Assembly (NCBI GenBank): GCA_963822585.1
Contig: CAWGIE010000019.1
Span: forward strand, 64,001 to 128,000
DNA from: an uncultured bacterium
Lineage (GTDB): Bacteria > Auribacterota > Erginobacteria > Erginobacterales > Erginobacteraceae
DNA length: 64,000 bases
Reading direction: 5' to 3'
The position numbers and the translations under genes were made by a program. Below are positions 1 to 10,971 of the stretch, one piece after another. The notes under the pieces were generated by a model. It saw nothing but the letters and a program-made list of their open reading frames with translations, made no database searches and had not been told where the DNA came from. Position 1 is the stretch's first letter. Each line of letters opens with the position of its first letter.

Positions 1-115
1 GGCCGTAATCCGGGGCGTGGAGAGCCGGGGAATGATGCTGGCCGCCCAGGACGGCGACCTCCTCTCGTTGGTGACTCTGGACCGGGAGATCAAGCCGGGC
101 GCGACGGTGAGCTGA
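1..115 (+). CDS. 3' end of tRNA-binding OB-fold domain (MetRS C-terminal/Trbp111-like), partial
   Basis: Frame 2 reads AVIRGVESRGMMLAAQDGDLLSLVTLDREIKPGATVS*; matches the GxxSxGMxLAA...PG motif. Confidence 0.85.
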   Translation, partial: AVIRGVESRGMMLAAQDGDLLSLVTLDREIKPGATVS

Positions 116-120
116 AGGAC

Positions 121-201
121 GGTAATCAGTGATCGGTGACCGGTAATCAGTGACAACACCGGTAACCGGCCAACCGATTACTGATTACTGATCACCGATT
201 A
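121..201. repeat. Inverted tandem-heptamer cassette
   Basis: (RGTRATC)n followed by complementary (GATYACY)n between convergent genes. Confidence 0.85.
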
Positions 202-202
202 C

Positions 203-1300
<1,098 letters not shown>

Positions 1301-1357
1301 GCTTAAACCCTTTTTGATTTTTACCGTTTAATTTTTACTTTTGTAAAAATTATACTA

Positions 1358-1385
1358 TAACCCGATTTATTAATAAATCGGGTTA
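1358..1385. repeat. 28-bp palindrome TAACCCGATTTAT-NN-ATAAATCGGGTTA, copy 1
   Basis: Near-identical copy at 10197-10224. Confidence 0.85.
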
Positions 1386-1764
1386 GTTTCAAACAATGCC
1401 AAAACTGGTATGGATCGCAATGATATAAGGGTATTATCTTATTGCACTCTCGTTCAATTACCTAGCTGAAAAACATCTATTATGTATAGCGTTATTGCGA
1501 GCAGAAATAAATTGTCGGCCGATCGATTAAGAGAAAACAGCCTGTTGTCGCCGCATAAAAGGGATTACTATACATATCATATTGAACAAAAAATAATAAA
1601 CTGGATTGACCGGGTTGATACCGTCTCGCTTGGGATCCGGGGGGGAAATAATAATAACGAAAAAACCGGATAGGTGGAAAACACGAAGAATAAATATATC
1701 CTTGTCTGCGCGATGGTCGGGGTGATCAGCCTGGTCGGGCTATTCGGACGGAGATCGGTGGCTT

Positions 1765-1875
1765 AAAAAAGAGGTCGAGGTGGAGTGGGATTCAGTGTTA
1801 ATCTGTGTAATCTGTGGTTAGTATAGGAGAAGAGGTAGAGGAGAACTATACGTTAATCCGTGTAATCTGCGGTTA
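1765..1875 (+). repeat. Degenerate G-rich-motif modular array
   Basis: AAAAAAGAGGTCGAGGTGGAG plus AATCTGTGTAATCTGTGG-type modules. Confidence 0.6.
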
Positions 1876-1889
1876 CCGAGGAGGTTGAA

Positions 1890-2672
1890 ATGGATTTTGA
1901 GAAAGCCGTTAAAGAATTAAGCGAAAACTTCGACCGGGCCCTCAAGGCCAGTGACTTCTGGGAACCGATCTGCTGGCTTACCGAACATTTCCGCGAACGC
2001 GGACCGATCAAACTCTGGCTGGTCGGGGGAACGATCCGGGATTTCGTCCTCGAAACCTCGAACATGATCATCGACGTCGATCTGATGGTCGAGAACTGCC
2101 CTTCGATGGAAGTCCTTGAGGAAGTGATCACCGAGGGCGGGACCTTCAAGAAGAACATGATGGGGGGATACAAATGGTTCCCTGCCCCGGAAGCCGGCGG
2201 CAAGGAGGGCGGGGAGATCGACATCTGGCGGATCGAGGAGTCGATCGAGCCGGGAGACGAGCCGACTCCGGAGATGGGCGTCTCCCGCTTCGACCTCAAC
2301 ATCAATGCTCTCGGCTGGGATATCGCCGAGGAGAAGTTCATCAACCCTCTGGGCGGACTGGAGAGCATCCTCGACGAGGCGAAAACCGAGCCGATGGAAC
2401 TCTTGACCGAGAAGATCAAGCCGGGGAACGCCGGCCGCCTCATCCTCCGGGCAATCAAATATAGCCCCAAACTGGGCATTCCCCTGGGCGACGCGACCAG
2501 GAAGTGGATCACGGAGAACGAGAAGGAACTCGACACCCTCGACGCTGAAAAGATCCGCTACGTCATGCGCGCCATCGATTACAAGTCCATCGAGAAGGAA
2601 ATGTCCGCCTGCTGCGACGAGCTTTTATCCCCCGGGTACGCCGCCAAGGTAAAATCCGCCCTCTTTGGCTGA
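1890..2672 (+). CDS. Class II nucleotidyltransferase (CCA-adding/poly(A) polymerase superfamily), short atypical form
   Basis: LVGGTIRD, DVDL, RFDLNINAL, NPLGGL, LILRAIKY; RBS GGAGG. Confidence 0.8.
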   Translation: MDFEKAVKELSENFDRALKASDFWEPICWLTEHFRERGPIKLWLVGGTIRDFVLETSNMIIDVDLMVENCPSMEVLEEVITEGGTFKKNMMGGYKWFPAPEAGGKEGGEIDIWRIEESIEPGDEPTPEMGVSRFDLNINALGWDIAEEKFINPLGGLESILDEAKTEPMELLTEKIKPGNAGRLILRAIKYSPKLGIPLGDATRKWITENEKELDTLDAEKIRYVMRAIDYKSIEKEMSACCDELLSPGYAAKVKSALFG

Positions 2673-2716
2673 GCGGACATTGCTTCCATTTAAAGCATTG
2701 ACTCGATTGGCGACCG

Positions 2717-2950
2717 AATATCGAACTTCGAACAAAAAAAGAATGAACGTTCAACACTCAACTTTCAACGTCCAACGTTCAATCCAATTCGTGTAATTCG
2801 CGAAATTCGTAGTTCCTGAACGGGGCCGGGGGCGGGGGGATTATTGGTGTAAATTAGTGTAATTCGTGGACTCAAAAAGGGGCCGCGGGGGGGGACAATC
2901 AGTATCATCTGTGAAATCTGTGGATGTAAAAGGGGGGGCGGCGGGGGGAG
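2717..2950 (+). repeat. G-rich-motif modular array
   Basis: Three AAAAGGGGCCGNGGNGGGGG-like motifs alternating with heptamer and 9-mer modules. Confidence 0.8.
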
Positions 2951-2957
2951 AATCCGC

Positions 2958-4123
2958 TTAATCCGCGGTTAATACCGGGGCCGGCGCGCCGAAGGTTATT
3001 TTCAGGTTCACGATCTCCGGGCGCGACCCGATCCGGACCGGCGGCCCCCAGGTCCCGGCCCCGCTGGTAACGTAGATCCGGGTATTCCTCTCCCGGGCAT
3101 ACCCCCAGCTTACCGGGTAGAGGGCGGCGACGACCAGGTTAATCGGAAAGAGCTGGCCGTGATGGGTATGCCCGCAGAGCAGGAGATCGACCCCGGCGGC
3201 GACCGCCTCCCCGATCCGGGCCGGCCGATGGTCCATGAGGATGACGGGACAGCTCGGATCGAGACCGGAGAGGATCTCCCGCAGGCTCCTGACGCTGCCG
3301 GCCCTTCCCCGGCGCGCGGAGTCTTCGCGGCCGGCCAGGTAGAAGCTCCCCCGATCTTGACCGCCCGGTCGCGGAGAAAAACAATGCCGAGGCCGGAGAG
3401 GTATTCCACCGACTCCTTCACCCCCGCGATGAACTCATGATTCCCGGTTACCGCGTAGGTGCCAAGCGGCGACCGGAGACGCTGGAGGATCCTTCCCAGC
3501 CCCCGCCTTTCCATCTCCCGGACGTCCATGTCCACGATATCGCCGCCGAGCAGGATCAGGTCCGGCCGCAGTCCGTTCACCTTGTCCACGATCTCGGACA
3601 GAAAGTCGCCGTCAAGCATGATCCCGGCGTGAAGGTCGGCCAAAAAGACCGCGTTCACCTCCTTCACCGGGCCGCAGGACGTCCGCAGCGGCAGGGGAAA
3701 ATCGATAACCCGGAGACTCCGGGCGTTGAGGTGCCCGGCCACAAGGAGGATAATCACCGCCGCGCCTGTGACCAGCAGGACCGCGCGACGGGTTTTTTGC
3801 GATATCCGCCAGAACCGGGCCGGGGGGACGTGAAAGATCCGGGCGATCAGCCGGAGAAGATCAAAGAGAAGCAGCAGGAGCGCCGCGTAGAAGGCGAAAC
3901 CGATCCACCACGATCCTATCTCCTGCAGCGTCTCGCTGGCGCCGGGGGAAAGAAATTTTTCCCCGAGGTGAGCCAGCATATAGCTGGAAAAGAGGAAGAT
4001 GACGGCAAACCCCACCGCCCATTGGAGAGCCCGGGAGGCGGGGAGGGCCTTGGTGACGCGGCGATAGAGATAAAGGCTCGAGAGCGCGTACAGCGTTAAA
4101 AAGATGATAACGATGAAAGGCAT
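2958..4123 (-). CDS. Membrane-anchored calcineurin-like metallophosphoesterase (YkuE-like), frameshifted near 3350
   Basis: DLH, GGDIVD, GNHE in the upstream ORF; FYLAGRED...MDHRP...GHTHHGQ...GTWGPPVR continue in a second frame after a C homopolymer. Confidence 0.88.
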
Positions 4124-4151
4124 GTTACAAGTTAGCGCCTCCGGCGCAACT

Positions 4152-4432
4152 TGTAGTGTAAAGTGTAAGGTGTAAAGTGTAAGGGGGCCTTTTCCCCTTT
4201 GCCCTTCACTTCACGCTACCATTTTTCGACATTTATTGAAATTCCGAAGCATCAAGTTAGCGCCTTCGGAGTAACTGGGGAACGGTTATGGTGACGAGGC
4301 CCGTTTCGGCAGCCGGTTACGGTTACATGCTCCCAGCGGGGCGGCCTTTACCGTTACCCTCACCGATACGGGCTTCGTTACCCTTACCGTTACCGTTTTT
4401 AAAATTCCGAAGCAGGAACTTAGCTTCGTAAC
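4152..4432. repeat. Cluster of short tandem/inverted repeats and small hairpins
   Basis: (GTGTAAR)n, GGTTAC/TTACCG runs, AAATTCCGAAGCA twice. Confidence 0.6.
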
Positions 4433-4620
4433 TTGAATTGTAGTGGGCAAGCTGACTCGACCGGATGAAGGTACAGTATTGTAAACTAAATGCCTGAAGT
4501 TACTATAAATTCCTTCCCGCCGCAACTCCCCGGCCGTTTTTCCGGCTTGACCGGCGGACCGGGGGGGAGATACCCTTGGCTCCAGCCCGGGAAAAATACT
4601 ATCACCAACCATTGATAACC

Positions 4621-5178
4621 ATGAGCAACCCCATAACAATCTCGACCCCCCTGCGAGAAACCGATATCCGTTCCCTCCGGATCGGCGACCGAGTCCTGAT
4701 CCGGGGAACGGTCTATACCGCCCGGGACGCCGCCCACCGGCGTTTCCGGGAATTGATCGCGGAGGGCAAAGAACTGCCGATCGATCTCACCGGCCAGATC
4801 ATCTATTATACCGGACCCGCCCCGGGGCGGCCCGATGAAGTCATCGGCCCGGCCGGACCGACCACTTCCTCCCGAATGGATCCCGATACCGTCCCCCTCC
4901 TGGAAGCGGGGTTAAAGGGGATGATCGGGAAGGGTGACCGGGGGCCGGAGATCGTCAGGGCGATCCGGGAACACGGAGCCGTTTATTTCGCGGCCACCGG
5001 CGGGGCGGCCGTTCTCCTCTCCCGGAAAATCCGGAAGAGGGAGCTGGCGGCCTACGGGGACCTGGGACCGGAAGCGGTCCTCCGTCTGGAAGTAACCGAC
5101 TTCCCGGTCATCGTGGCCATCGATTCCTCGGGCCGCAATCTTTACCGGGAAGGCCCGAAAAAATACAAGAAAGTGTAG
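4621..5178 (+). CDS. Fe-S hydro-lyase (class I fumarate hydratase/tartrate dehydratase) beta subunit
   Basis: TARDAAH, GPTTSSRM, GMIGKG, GGAA, DLGPEA. Confidence 0.92.
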   Translation: MSNPITISTPLRETDIRSLRIGDRVLIRGTVYTARDAAHRRFRELIAEGKELPIDLTGQIIYYTGPAPGRPDEVIGPAGPTTSSRMDPDTVPLLEAGLKGMIGKGDRGPEIVRAIREHGAVYFAATGGAAVLLSRKIRKRELAAYGDLGPEAVLRLEVTDFPVIVAIDSSGRNLYREGPKKYKKV

Positions 5179-5349
5179 TATCGTCCTTTACTCCGTGAAG
5201 GACTTGTAGGATCAGAATGCCTCCGGCATTCTTTGTGGGAACTGTAGGATCGCTTCGCTTGCGGTTCAGCAAGCCTTGCCTCCGGCAAGGCGATACTACA
5301 TTTACCACATCTACTGCAAGTCCTGAACGGAGTGAAGGACGATCCTACA
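5174..5349 (+). mobile_element. ~178-nt structured repeat element (MITE/REP-like), copy 1
   Basis: Imperfect terminal inverted repeats and internal hairpins; copies at 43360-43539 (-) and 46414-46592 (+). Confidence 0.8.
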
Positions 5350-5379
5350 TAAATTTGCGAGCTGAGCGAGTTAATTTAT

Positions 5380-5887
5380 ATGATCCACGTCTACACCGGA
5401 GACGGGAAAGGGAAGACCACCGCCGCTCTCGGCCTCGCTCTCCGGTCCCTGGGATGGGGGAAGCGGGTCTGCCTGATCCAGTTTCTGAAGGCGCAGGCCA
5501 GCGGAGAGGTCGAGGCGCTAACCCGGTTCGAAAATTGCCGGGTCTTCCGCTTCGGGAGCAGGGAATGCCTCCTGGATCGTCCCGTCAGCCGGGAAGACCG
5601 TCGGGCAGCGCGGGAAGGCCTGAAACGGGCGGAAGAGATTCTGCGGGAAAAGGCGGCCGATCTCCTCATCCTGGATGAGATCAACGTCGCAGATAGACCT
5701 GCGACTGCTGGAGATGGACGGGTGCGAAATTTGATCGAGATATGCCCGCCCGCCGTTGAAATGGTTTTGACCGGGAGAAACTGTCCGGCCGAGATTCTTG
5801 CCGTTGCCGACTACGTCAGCGATGTCCGGGAGATTACCCATCCCTACCGGAAAGGAATCGCCGAACGGCAGGGGAATTGAATACTGA
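5380..5887 (+). CDS. cobO: Cob(I)yrinic acid a,c-diamide adenosyltransferase (BtuR/CobO), with apparent indels
   Basis: YTGDGKGKTTAALG, IQFLK, LDEIN, LTGR, ADYV; IDLRLLEM and GIEY* lie in alternate frames. Confidence 0.88.
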
Positions 5888-6014
5888 GACGCCCGGGAGA
5901 GATCAAGCACTTCCCTGCCGGTTATCCTTGATTACGGGTGCCGTCTCTGCTATCTTTCTTCCCGGTTAATCAAACATTTGCGCCGAAGGCGCACTTTTAT
6001 AAAGGAGAACAGCC

Positions 6015-7004
<990 letters not shown>

Positions 7005-7072
7005 GCTGGAACAATGGCCCTGATCTACCGATATCTGTAGGGTATGTACAAAAGCATCAACTATACATTGAG

Positions 7073-7298
7073 CAAATTACAAATCCCAATTCCCAAATAA
7101 CAAACAAATTACAAATTCTCAAATTCAAAATTCCAAAACCGCCGGAACGGACTTGGATTTGCCAAGGTGCCTCAATGAAACTATATAGTCTTTGTAAGTT
7201 GATGAAGATTATTCCCCGGATTCTGGCAACCTGTTTAGAATTTCGGTAATTGGTATTTGTGATTTATTTGGGATTTAGTGCTTATGATTTGGGATTTA
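7073..7298. repeat. Inverted tandem-heptamer cassette
   Basis: CAAATTA/CAAATCC runs, ~100-nt core, complementary TTGGGATTT runs. Confidence 0.8.
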
Positions 7299-7317
7299 AA
7301 TTACTGAAATAACTAGT

Positions 7318-8124
7318 ATGAAAAGAATCATAGTTTGGGAATTCGCTCTGGGCATTTTTATAGCCCTCCTCTCCCTCTCCTGTGCCCGTTCCACCGTTCT
7401 GCTCCGGGGTGACGAAGCGGAAGAGTACCTGGTCGATAACAACCACCTGATCGCGCCGGGGTACTATACCTACGGGGAGATCAAGAACCGTCAGAGCGGC
7501 GTTCTGACGGCGGCCGTCTTCAATCGTCTCCGGGGTGGTGAAAACGACGGTAAGATCGAGTTTGTGCGGCGGGACCTGGGCGGCGGTTACCACGCGACTG
7601 ACACCCCCTATAATGTCATCCTGCTGAACGCGCCCGGCGGAGAACGGGGAACGGAGCCGACAAACGAGGATATGGAGAGGATCCGGAAGAACAAACTGAG
7701 CCCGGTCGTTGTTCTGAATGACGGCGGGGAAGAGGTGGCGGTGGTCTTTAAGCCGGCCAAACAGAACCTGGCGGTTTTTATCCGGAAGGGAGGCCTGATC
7801 CGCCTGGAAATCGGGCAACGGGAGACGAATCAGGGGGATATCGTTTATTCCCTGGATATAGGAAAAGCAATGAAATCAACCAAGAAGGCCCCTCCCCGGA
7901 GGGAGCCCCAGCCTAAAGAGGAGAAAAAAATCATGAGTGAGATTAAAACCGGCGATCTGGTCCAGTGGGAGACCGGCAACAAAACCCGTGTCGGCGTGGT
8001 CAAGGAAGTACGGGAGGATGGAACATCAGTCATCAATATCCCCACGACCTATGGTTCGCGGGAAGAGACGATCAAGACCGACCGGCTGAAAGTCATCACC
8101 TCGACCATCGAATCGGACAAATAG
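7318..8124 (+). CDS. Hypothetical lipoprotein, possibly with a KOW/SH3-like C-terminus
   Basis: Signal peptide ending LSLSC; C-terminal IKTGDLVQW..GVVKEV. Confidence 0.6.
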   Translation: MKRIIVWEFALGIFIALLSLSCARSTVLLRGDEAEEYLVDNNHLIAPGYYTYGEIKNRQSGVLTAAVFNRLRGGENDGKIEFVRRDLGGGYHATDTPYNVILLNAPGGERGTEPTNEDMERIRKNKLSPVVVLNDGGEEVAVVFKPAKQNLAVFIRKGGLIRLEIGQRETNQGDIVYSLDIGKAMKSTKKAPPRREPQPKEEKKIMSEIKTGDLVQWETGNKTRVGVVKEVREDGTSVINIPTTYGSREETIKTDRLKVITSTIESDK

Positions 8125-8195
8125 CGGACGCTTCAGGAGCCGGTGATTCGAGTTTGGAACGATACCACTCACGACATCCCGGAAGAGAGCAGCGG

Positions 8196-8558
8196 TGGAG
8201 TAGTGGAATGGTGGAATAAGGGACGGAACCGGTAAGCCGGAATCCACCACTCCATTATTTCATCACTCCAGTATTCTATTTTATCCCCGATTCTTTCAGG
8301 CCATAATACAGATTGTTCTTATACAACGGGAGCAAACCCTAAATTCTAATTTCTAAATCCTAAACAAATCCAAAATCCTAAATCAAAATGCTCAAAACCG
8401 ACTCGAACGGGGGCTGGAAGCCATTGCTATCGATCTCTTCTTGAATAGCGCCTTCCGAGTAATGGTTTTTTGTACTAATAGACTAGAGGCTTTAATGCTC
8501 GTTTTGGTCATTGGGATTTCGATATTGTTTCGAATTGAGAAATTAGGGTTTAGGATTT
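8196..8558. repeat. Two adjacent inverted simple-repeat cassettes (octamer and heptamer)
   Basis: TGGAGTAG/ACTCCA arms at 8196-8279; CTAAATC/GATTT arms at 8339-8558. Confidence 0.75.
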
Positions 8559-8626
8559 TTTATAATCGGGAATGCTGTGTATTCCCTAACCAAAGATAAA
8601 TCCATAAACTTATCCAGGACTCCTAT

Positions 8627-9085
8627 ATGTTAATAAGCGTCATTGGCGGGAATCGGGCCGAGCCCGAAATGCTCCGGGCGGCCGAGAAACTCGGCGGCGA
8701 GCTGGCAAAACGAGGCCTGACCGTCATCTGCGGCGGCCTGGGCGGGGTCATGGAGGCGGTCTGCCGGGGCGCCAAAAAGGCCGGGGGGATGACGGTGGGC
8801 GTTCTCCCCGGAAACCGCGCCTCGTCAGCCAACCCTTACGTCGATATCCCGATCGTGACCGGGATCGGCCTGGCCCGGAACGCGATCGTCTCTCTTTCGG
8901 GAGAAGTGGTGATCGCCGTGGACGGGAAATACGGGACACTGACCGAGATCGGTTACGCGCTGATTGCCGGGAAAAAAGTAATCGGGATCGGGACCTGGGA
9001 CATTTCGGGCGTGATCCCGGCCGGGAGCGTGATACACGCCCTCCAGCTTCTGGACGAACACCTTCATCCGGACAAAAAAAAATAA
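8627..9085 (+). CDS. LOG-like Rossmann-fold protein (TIGR00725 type)
   Basis: CGGLGGVMEA, GIGLARN, GKYGTLTEI. Confidence 0.9.
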   Translation: MLISVIGGNRAEPEMLRAAEKLGGELAKRGLTVICGGLGGVMEAVCRGAKKAGGMTVGVLPGNRASSANPYVDIPIVTGIGLARNAIVSLSGEVVIAVDGKYGTLTEIGYALIAGKKVIGIGTWDISGVIPAGSVIHALQLLDEHLHPDKKK

Positions 9086-9180
9086 AACCACGAAGGACAC
9101 GAAGATCACGAAGAATTATTTAAGGAAGCGGATCTACTTATCGATCTTCGTGTCCTTCGTGGTGTATTCCCTTCGTGGTT
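9086..9180. repeat. Inverted nonamer cassette
   Basis: AACCACGAAGGACACGAAG ... CTTCGTGTCCTTCGTGGT. Confidence 0.85.
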
Positions 9181-9208
9181 GTGGATCCCGCCTCGAAGAA
9201 ATAGAATT

Positions 9209-10168
9209 TTATTTCCCCCGCCAGATCCCCTTCCCCGCCTGCCGGGCACTCTCCTCCGCCCGGAGAAGCTGGTCGCCGTAGGACATTTTCTTCCCCGCCT
9301 CCGTGAGCCGGGCCAGGCCCCGTTCCAGCAGGGATGCGTTCAGCATCGTATCCCCGACAAAAACATAGGCCTTTCCTTCTCCGTCTTCCGGCGGCAAACT
9401 TTCTTCGAACTCCAGGCGAACGGTCTTGCCCCGGGCCAGGTATTTGTTGAAGTTCAGCGCCTGCAGCGCGATCGGGTCTATCGGGACTCCCTTCCGGGCC
9501 GGCATCCGGGGCACTTCCAGACCCAGGTAATGGATCGTCCACTGCTCGTCTCCGATCCGGACCAGGATGGCCCCGCCCTCGGGGACCCCCTCGACCGTCC
9601 CTTCCCGGGTGACCGTGGCCGCTTTCCGCGCGGCGATTTCCTGGGCGGCCGAGCGTTCCTTTAAAAAGAAGCTCCGGATCTTCTTTTCGGTAACCAGGTC
9701 CGTGAAGACCAGGATCATGATCACCGCCCAGATAACAAAACCGGCGGCGATGGCGATGCTGAATTTATTCCTGCTCGGGCGTCCCCGGTCCTTCTTGGTT
9801 ATCTTGGCGCCCCGGGCAAACCGTTTTCTCTCCGTCTGTTCCAGCTGGGTGATTTTCAGCATTGTCCGGTAGACATCCGCCTCTTCATTCACGGGGTAGG
9901 CCGTGGTCAGCTCATCCAGCTGGACCCTGAGTTCTCCATCCATCTCCCCCAACCCGGCCCGGTGGAAGATATATTTTTTCCCTTTCTCCAGGTCCTTGAT
10001 GGACGAATTGGCCCAGAGGATGAAAGGGATGATCCCGGTCTCATCCTCCAGTCTTCCCTCCCGGGCAACGTCTCCCCGGGTGGATGACCAGAGGGAGATC
10101 ACGCTCGCCTTGACGGTCTCGGGAACACGATCGGGATTTAATTCGCGAATTGAGGTTAACCGCGCCAT
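9209..10168 (-). CDS. RPA-like OB fold + TM helix + degenerate thermonuclease (SNase) domain protein
   Basis: VKASVISLW..GRLEDETGIIPFILW; TM IAIAAGFVIWAVIMILVF; AYVFVGDTMLNASLLERGLA..AEESARQAGKGIW. Confidence 0.75.
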   Translation of the reverse strand: MARLTSIRELNPDRVPETVKASVISLWSSTRGDVAREGRLEDETGIIPFILWANSSIKDLEKGKKYIFHRAGLGEMDGELRVQLDELTTAYPVNEEADVYRTMLKITQLEQTERKRFARGAKITKKDRGRPSRNKFSIAIAAGFVIWAVIMILVFTDLVTEKKIRSFFLKERSAAQEIAARKAATVTREGTVEGVPEGGAILVRIGDEQWTIHYLGLEVPRMPARKGVPIDPIALQALNFNKYLARGKTVRLEFEESLPPEDGEGKAYVFVGDTMLNASLLERGLARLTEAGKKMSYGDQLLRAEESARQAGKGIWRGK

Positions 10169-10196
10169 TGTTTTTTTCTTCGAAAACAACAAGTAT

Positions 10197-10224
10197 TAAC
10201 CCGATTTATGAATAAATCGGGTTA
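10197..10224. repeat. 28-bp palindrome, copy 2
   Basis: Same arms as 1358-1385. Confidence 0.85.
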
Positions 10225-10342
10225 GTTTTGAACCAAGGCCATTATAATTCCATTAAGGCAATACCGGGTAACGTAAAATACTCCTGCAATATGGCTTCAA
10301 TGCTTGCCCACTCTTATTTTTTCGTAGAAAAAATAAGATATC

Positions 10343-10654
10343 CTACTCCTCCCAGGAAATTTCATCCTCGAAATCAAAATGGACTTTTTGCGAGCCGCGA
10401 TAATCGTAGAGGAAGAGATCCCGGCCGTTCCAGCTGGCTCGTAAGGCGTCGCTCAGGCGGCAGGAACTGACGCTGAGGGGGGTCAAGCCGAGCATTGTCC
10501 AGCGCTCGGTCGGCACCGCCGGGCCGGAAACTTCCGGCTCGATGACGGATATCTCGGCGCCGGGAGGGGAGGACTCGATCGTGACCCGTGGGCAGGGAGC
10601 ACAGGCCGTGCCCAGCAGAAGGGAAGATATGCCGCAATAGAGAAGAGTTTTCAT
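10343..10654 (-). CDS. Small PEGA-like lipoprotein
   Basis: Lipobox-like GTAC; IESSPPGAEI..LGLTPL. Confidence 0.6.
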   Translation of the reverse strand: MKTLLYCGISSLLLGTACAPCPRVTIESSPPGAEISVIEPEVSGPAVPTERWTMLGLTPLSVSSCRLSDALRASWNGRDLFLYDYRGSQKVHFDFEDEISWEE

Positions 10655-10688
10655 CTTTTCAACAATAGGGGATGAATATTCTCTCCAA

Positions 10689-10724
10689 TTAAAAAAGGCC
10701 GGGGGATACCCCCGGCCTTTTTAA
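10689..10724. terminator. Intrinsic terminator (bidirectional shape) downstream of the tRNA
   Basis: AAAAAAGGCCGGGGG-ATA-CCCCCGGCCTTTTT-like GC stem flanked by A and T tracts. Confidence 0.85.
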
Positions 10725-10798
<74 letters not shown>

Positions 10799-10809
10799 TT
10801 GTGTTATTA

Positions 10810-10838
10810 ACGATAGTACACGTCTCGGGTGATGTCAA
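10810..10838 (-). promoter_or_regulatory. Putative sigma70 promoter of the tRNA
   Basis: TTGACA-N17-TATCGT on the minus strand. Confidence 0.55.
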
Positions 10839-10971
10839 GTCGCAATTCCAGTTTAACCGACTGCGGGGTAAATCGGGGTAAAATAAACTGTTGTTGTCCG
10901 CGGTTTCTCATTATAATCTTTTAAGGCATAGCGAATTTAAAATCAAATTTTTCCCCGGGAAAAATTTTCAA

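Noticed and set aside
4621..5178. Orphan fumarase beta subunit (and orphan sugar ABC ATPase at 37927) as unusual
   Set aside because: Split or shared subunits are common; partners may lie outside the window
5174..5379. Cobalamin riboswitch upstream of cobO
   Set aside because: No recognisable B12 box; the same element precedes unrelated genes and has terminal inverted repeats
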